DNA from: Dromaius novaehollandiae
Lineage: Eukaryota
Direction: 5' to 3'
DNA: 64,000 nucleotides
Assembly (NCBI RefSeq): GCF_036370855.1
Contig: NC_088128.1
Coordinates: 420,899 to 484,898, forward strand
Under the pieces are notes generated by a model. It made no database searches and was not told where the DNA came from. It saw nothing but the letters and a program-made list of their open reading frames with translations. Made by a program: the position numbers and the translations under genes. Below, piece after piece: positions 61,790 to 64,000 of the stretch. Position 1 is the stretch's first letter; each line of letters begins with the position of its first letter.

Positions 61790-62230
61790 GAAGCTGAGGG
61801 TGTTAGAGGAGCAGACTTGGGCCTCCTGGGGGGCCTGGTGGAGGGATCCCATGGGAGGCAGCTCTGAAGGGCAGGGGAGCTCAGGAAAGCTGGCACGTCT
61901 TTAAGGACAGCATCCTCCAAGCTCAAGAATGGCCCATACTGATACTAGGGAAAGCAAGCAGATGTCTCAGGAAACAGGCTTGGCTAAACAGGCATCTCAC
62001 AACTGAACAACAGGAGGGAATGGGAAGCGTGGAGAGGCTGCAAAGGAAGAATTTAGAAATATTGCCCGGGGAAGTTGGGAAGCAGTTAGGAAAGCCAAAG
62101 CCCCTCTAGGATTGACACTTGCAAGGGATGACAATGGCACAAAGATGAACTGAAGCAACGGCAGCTGCAGATAGGTCTGGGGAACTCAAAGCCTTTGCTT
62201 CAGTCCCCACCAACAAGGTCTCTCAGGCCA
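61790..62230 (+). mobile_element. CR1 ORF2 mid-region fragment (…FRNIARGSWEAVRKAKAPLGLTLARDDNGTKMN…) in the far 5' flank of unit 4. It is orthologous in position to the CR1 segment at ~40850-41100 in unit 3
   Basis: Matches the CR1 block [33 protein letters not shown]. It is shared by both mega-units, so it predates their duplication. Confidence 0.55.
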
Positions 62231-64000
62231 TTGTCCTAGAATCAGGTCTCCCAAGGTGAAAAACAACCAGCAGGGCATGAGGGTTGGGTCAGGTTTTACA
62301 TGGGAGAACTCAAGCCATGCAAGTGTTTGGGACTGCATGGGCTGCAGCCGAGGATGCTGAGAGCTGGCTGAGGGGCATCAGTAAAGGGAGGGAGATCCCG
62401 AGGTAAGAGCAAGGTGGGGAAGCAGGTTGGGTGTCTACAGTCTGCAGGCACCCAGCAGCAGGCATGGGACAGTGCAGGACAGTCTGTGGTGGATACAGCC
62501 AAGGGCACTGGCATACTGTGCGGCCCAAAAGAACAGAGGTCTCTGTCCTATGGCCGTTGTCTCTGTCACTGCGCCCTGCCAGGAGACACCGGGGCCTCAC
62601 TGTCCCCTTGCCCATCAGGGCACCCCAGGAGGTGTCATGTTGTGGTCCTGCACTTGGCATTGCACACCCCCCACCCGGACACTGCCCCCAGGAATAGTAG
62701 GGAAAGGATCTCCCTTCTCAGGAGCTGGGTGTCTGTGCTTGGCCATTCTGCTTCATAAAACACATCAAGGGTTGACTTGGCATCAGAGCCACCTGCACAT
62801 TTCCTTCGCCTACCTGTAATCAGTGCCTCCAACTTTCTCCTCTAATCAGCCCCCAGGGAGTCTTTGTGGCTAATTGTCCTCAGTGGGACCCATTAATGTT
62901 ATATGGAACTTTGGGCTCTGCTTCTGACTTTGACTTCTTGAACATTTTCTTCAATCACCTTTCGCTAGCTGTAGTTCATGGACTCAGCACCAAATACACC
63001 ACAGGGCTCATTAAAAGGCAAAAAGCCCTGATGAACCACATCTCTCCCTATCATTTTCTACAAGTCTTGTATGGCTGATTGGAGAAGTTTCAGGGGTGTA
63101 GCTGAAAGATGGAGACTTCAGTAATATACAAACATCTCTGCTTTTATAGTGTTTTTATGACTTATTTTTCAGCTTTCCAATTCTCTAACTGATATTGATC
63201 CAGAGTGTCTCCTAAGGAAGTCAGGACATGTAGGAAAAGCAGTCTCCCAGAGGTCACACGCTGTATGGACAATCTTCCTCCCCATCTCCCCAACCCTGCC
63301 ATTGCTCTCATCAGCCACCTGGGACTTGCATCACTCCTGTTAACAGCTAACCTCATTCCACTCAACTCTGCAACTGAAGGTTACAGCTCACAGGCCCCAA
63401 TTCCCACCTGCTTTCCTTAGACAACTAGCTGCAAATAGACACAGAAAGTTCTTCATTTAATTGCAAACAAACAAAAATAAAGCATGATACAGTTTCATAA
63501 AAAATAATGACACTCAACGGTATGTCATGTACAAGCTGCCTCCAATGAAGTCCACTTTCCACAAGGGATAGCCTTACTAGAAACCTTTCTGATAGATAGG
63601 AAATGGTAGAGATAAACACAGTTAAGGAGTTGGCTAAAGGGACAGACTACTGAAAGACAGAGCAAGCTTTAAACTCCCTGAAGTGTCAACCAGCAGCTCA
63701 GTGTGGGAATAAAGAAAGAGTAATGAAAGGAGGCGCAATGTGACAATGTCCAGCTAGTGGGCTGTAAAGGTGATGTCAGAAGTTGTCAATTTAATCAGGG
63801 CATGTGGAAATACAGGAGAGAGCCATACAGCTCCTGGGGATCCCAGGCTGTGCCATGGGCCGTGCTGCTCTTGGGGATCCTGGACTGGGCTATGTTCCTG
63901 TACAAAAGCTCAGAAAACACTTTATGCAAGCCGCTAGAAAAGAGGGACTTTCCTGGGCACTCAGAGACACCCATGCAGGACTTGGGACGTGTTGAGGGAA

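Larger units (their letters stand above)
45100..64000. repeat. Mega-unit B (≥18.9 kb, runs off the window). It is the paralog of 27050-44750 and contains the intact OR
   Basis: See mega-unit A. Confidence 0.7.

Noticed and set aside
1-64000. Search for a prokaryotic-style novel system (operon of defence or toxin genes, integrases, RM or TA modules)
   Set aside because: There are no compact same-strand gene clusters, no RBS-spaced ORFs and no bacterial gene hallmarks. All long ORFs are repeat artefacts or OR genes. The sequence is vertebrate, so the exciting content is structural (satellites, promoter-like island, OR birth-and-death), not a gene system.

Overview
This window is vertebrate (avian-type) nuclear DNA, not a prokaryotic locus. 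It carries CR1 LINE 3' ends (…aggtcccttccagcc…), canonical GT/AG splice junctions, AATAAA poly(A) signals, CpG islands, and intronless olfactory-receptor (OR) coding exons with the MAYDRF/YVAICRPLHY, KAFSMC and NPLIYS motifs of the bird-expanded OR family 14 (gamma-c) type. I find no operon-like or defence-system structure. The interest lies in genome architecture.

Layout, left to right:
- 172-369: the last two coding exons and poly(A) signal of an unidentified gene.
- ~426-1500: a ~92-bp minisatellite.
- ~1500-9420: a ~7.9 kb GC-rich satellite built on the 16-mer GGGGCCCAGGCGTCCG, present in both orientations and organised in higher-order repeats.
- 9420-9735: a promoter-like CpG island with three CCAAT boxes, a GC box, a YY1-like site and ETS-like sites.
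- 9735-14615: ~4.9 kb of G/T-rich tandem repeat, ending in ~106 copies of the 31-bp unit GGGGGCTTTTTCCCCCCGCGGTTGTTTTTTTT. This array abuts and truncates an OR gene.
- ~14.6-27.4 kb: two tandem ~7.5 kb OR units on the + strand (units 1 and 2), both pseudogenes.
- 27.05-44.75 kb and 45.1-64.0 kb: two ~18-19 kb mega-units. Each has a ~3.4 kb block, a 62-bp satellite, and one minus-strand OR gene with ~3 kb of conserved 5' flank and CR1 debris. Unit 3 (35741-36676) is disrupted by frameshifts. Unit 4 (58116-59051) is the only intact OR.

The very long ORFs in the track (up to 1343 aa) are stop-free artefacts of the satellites.
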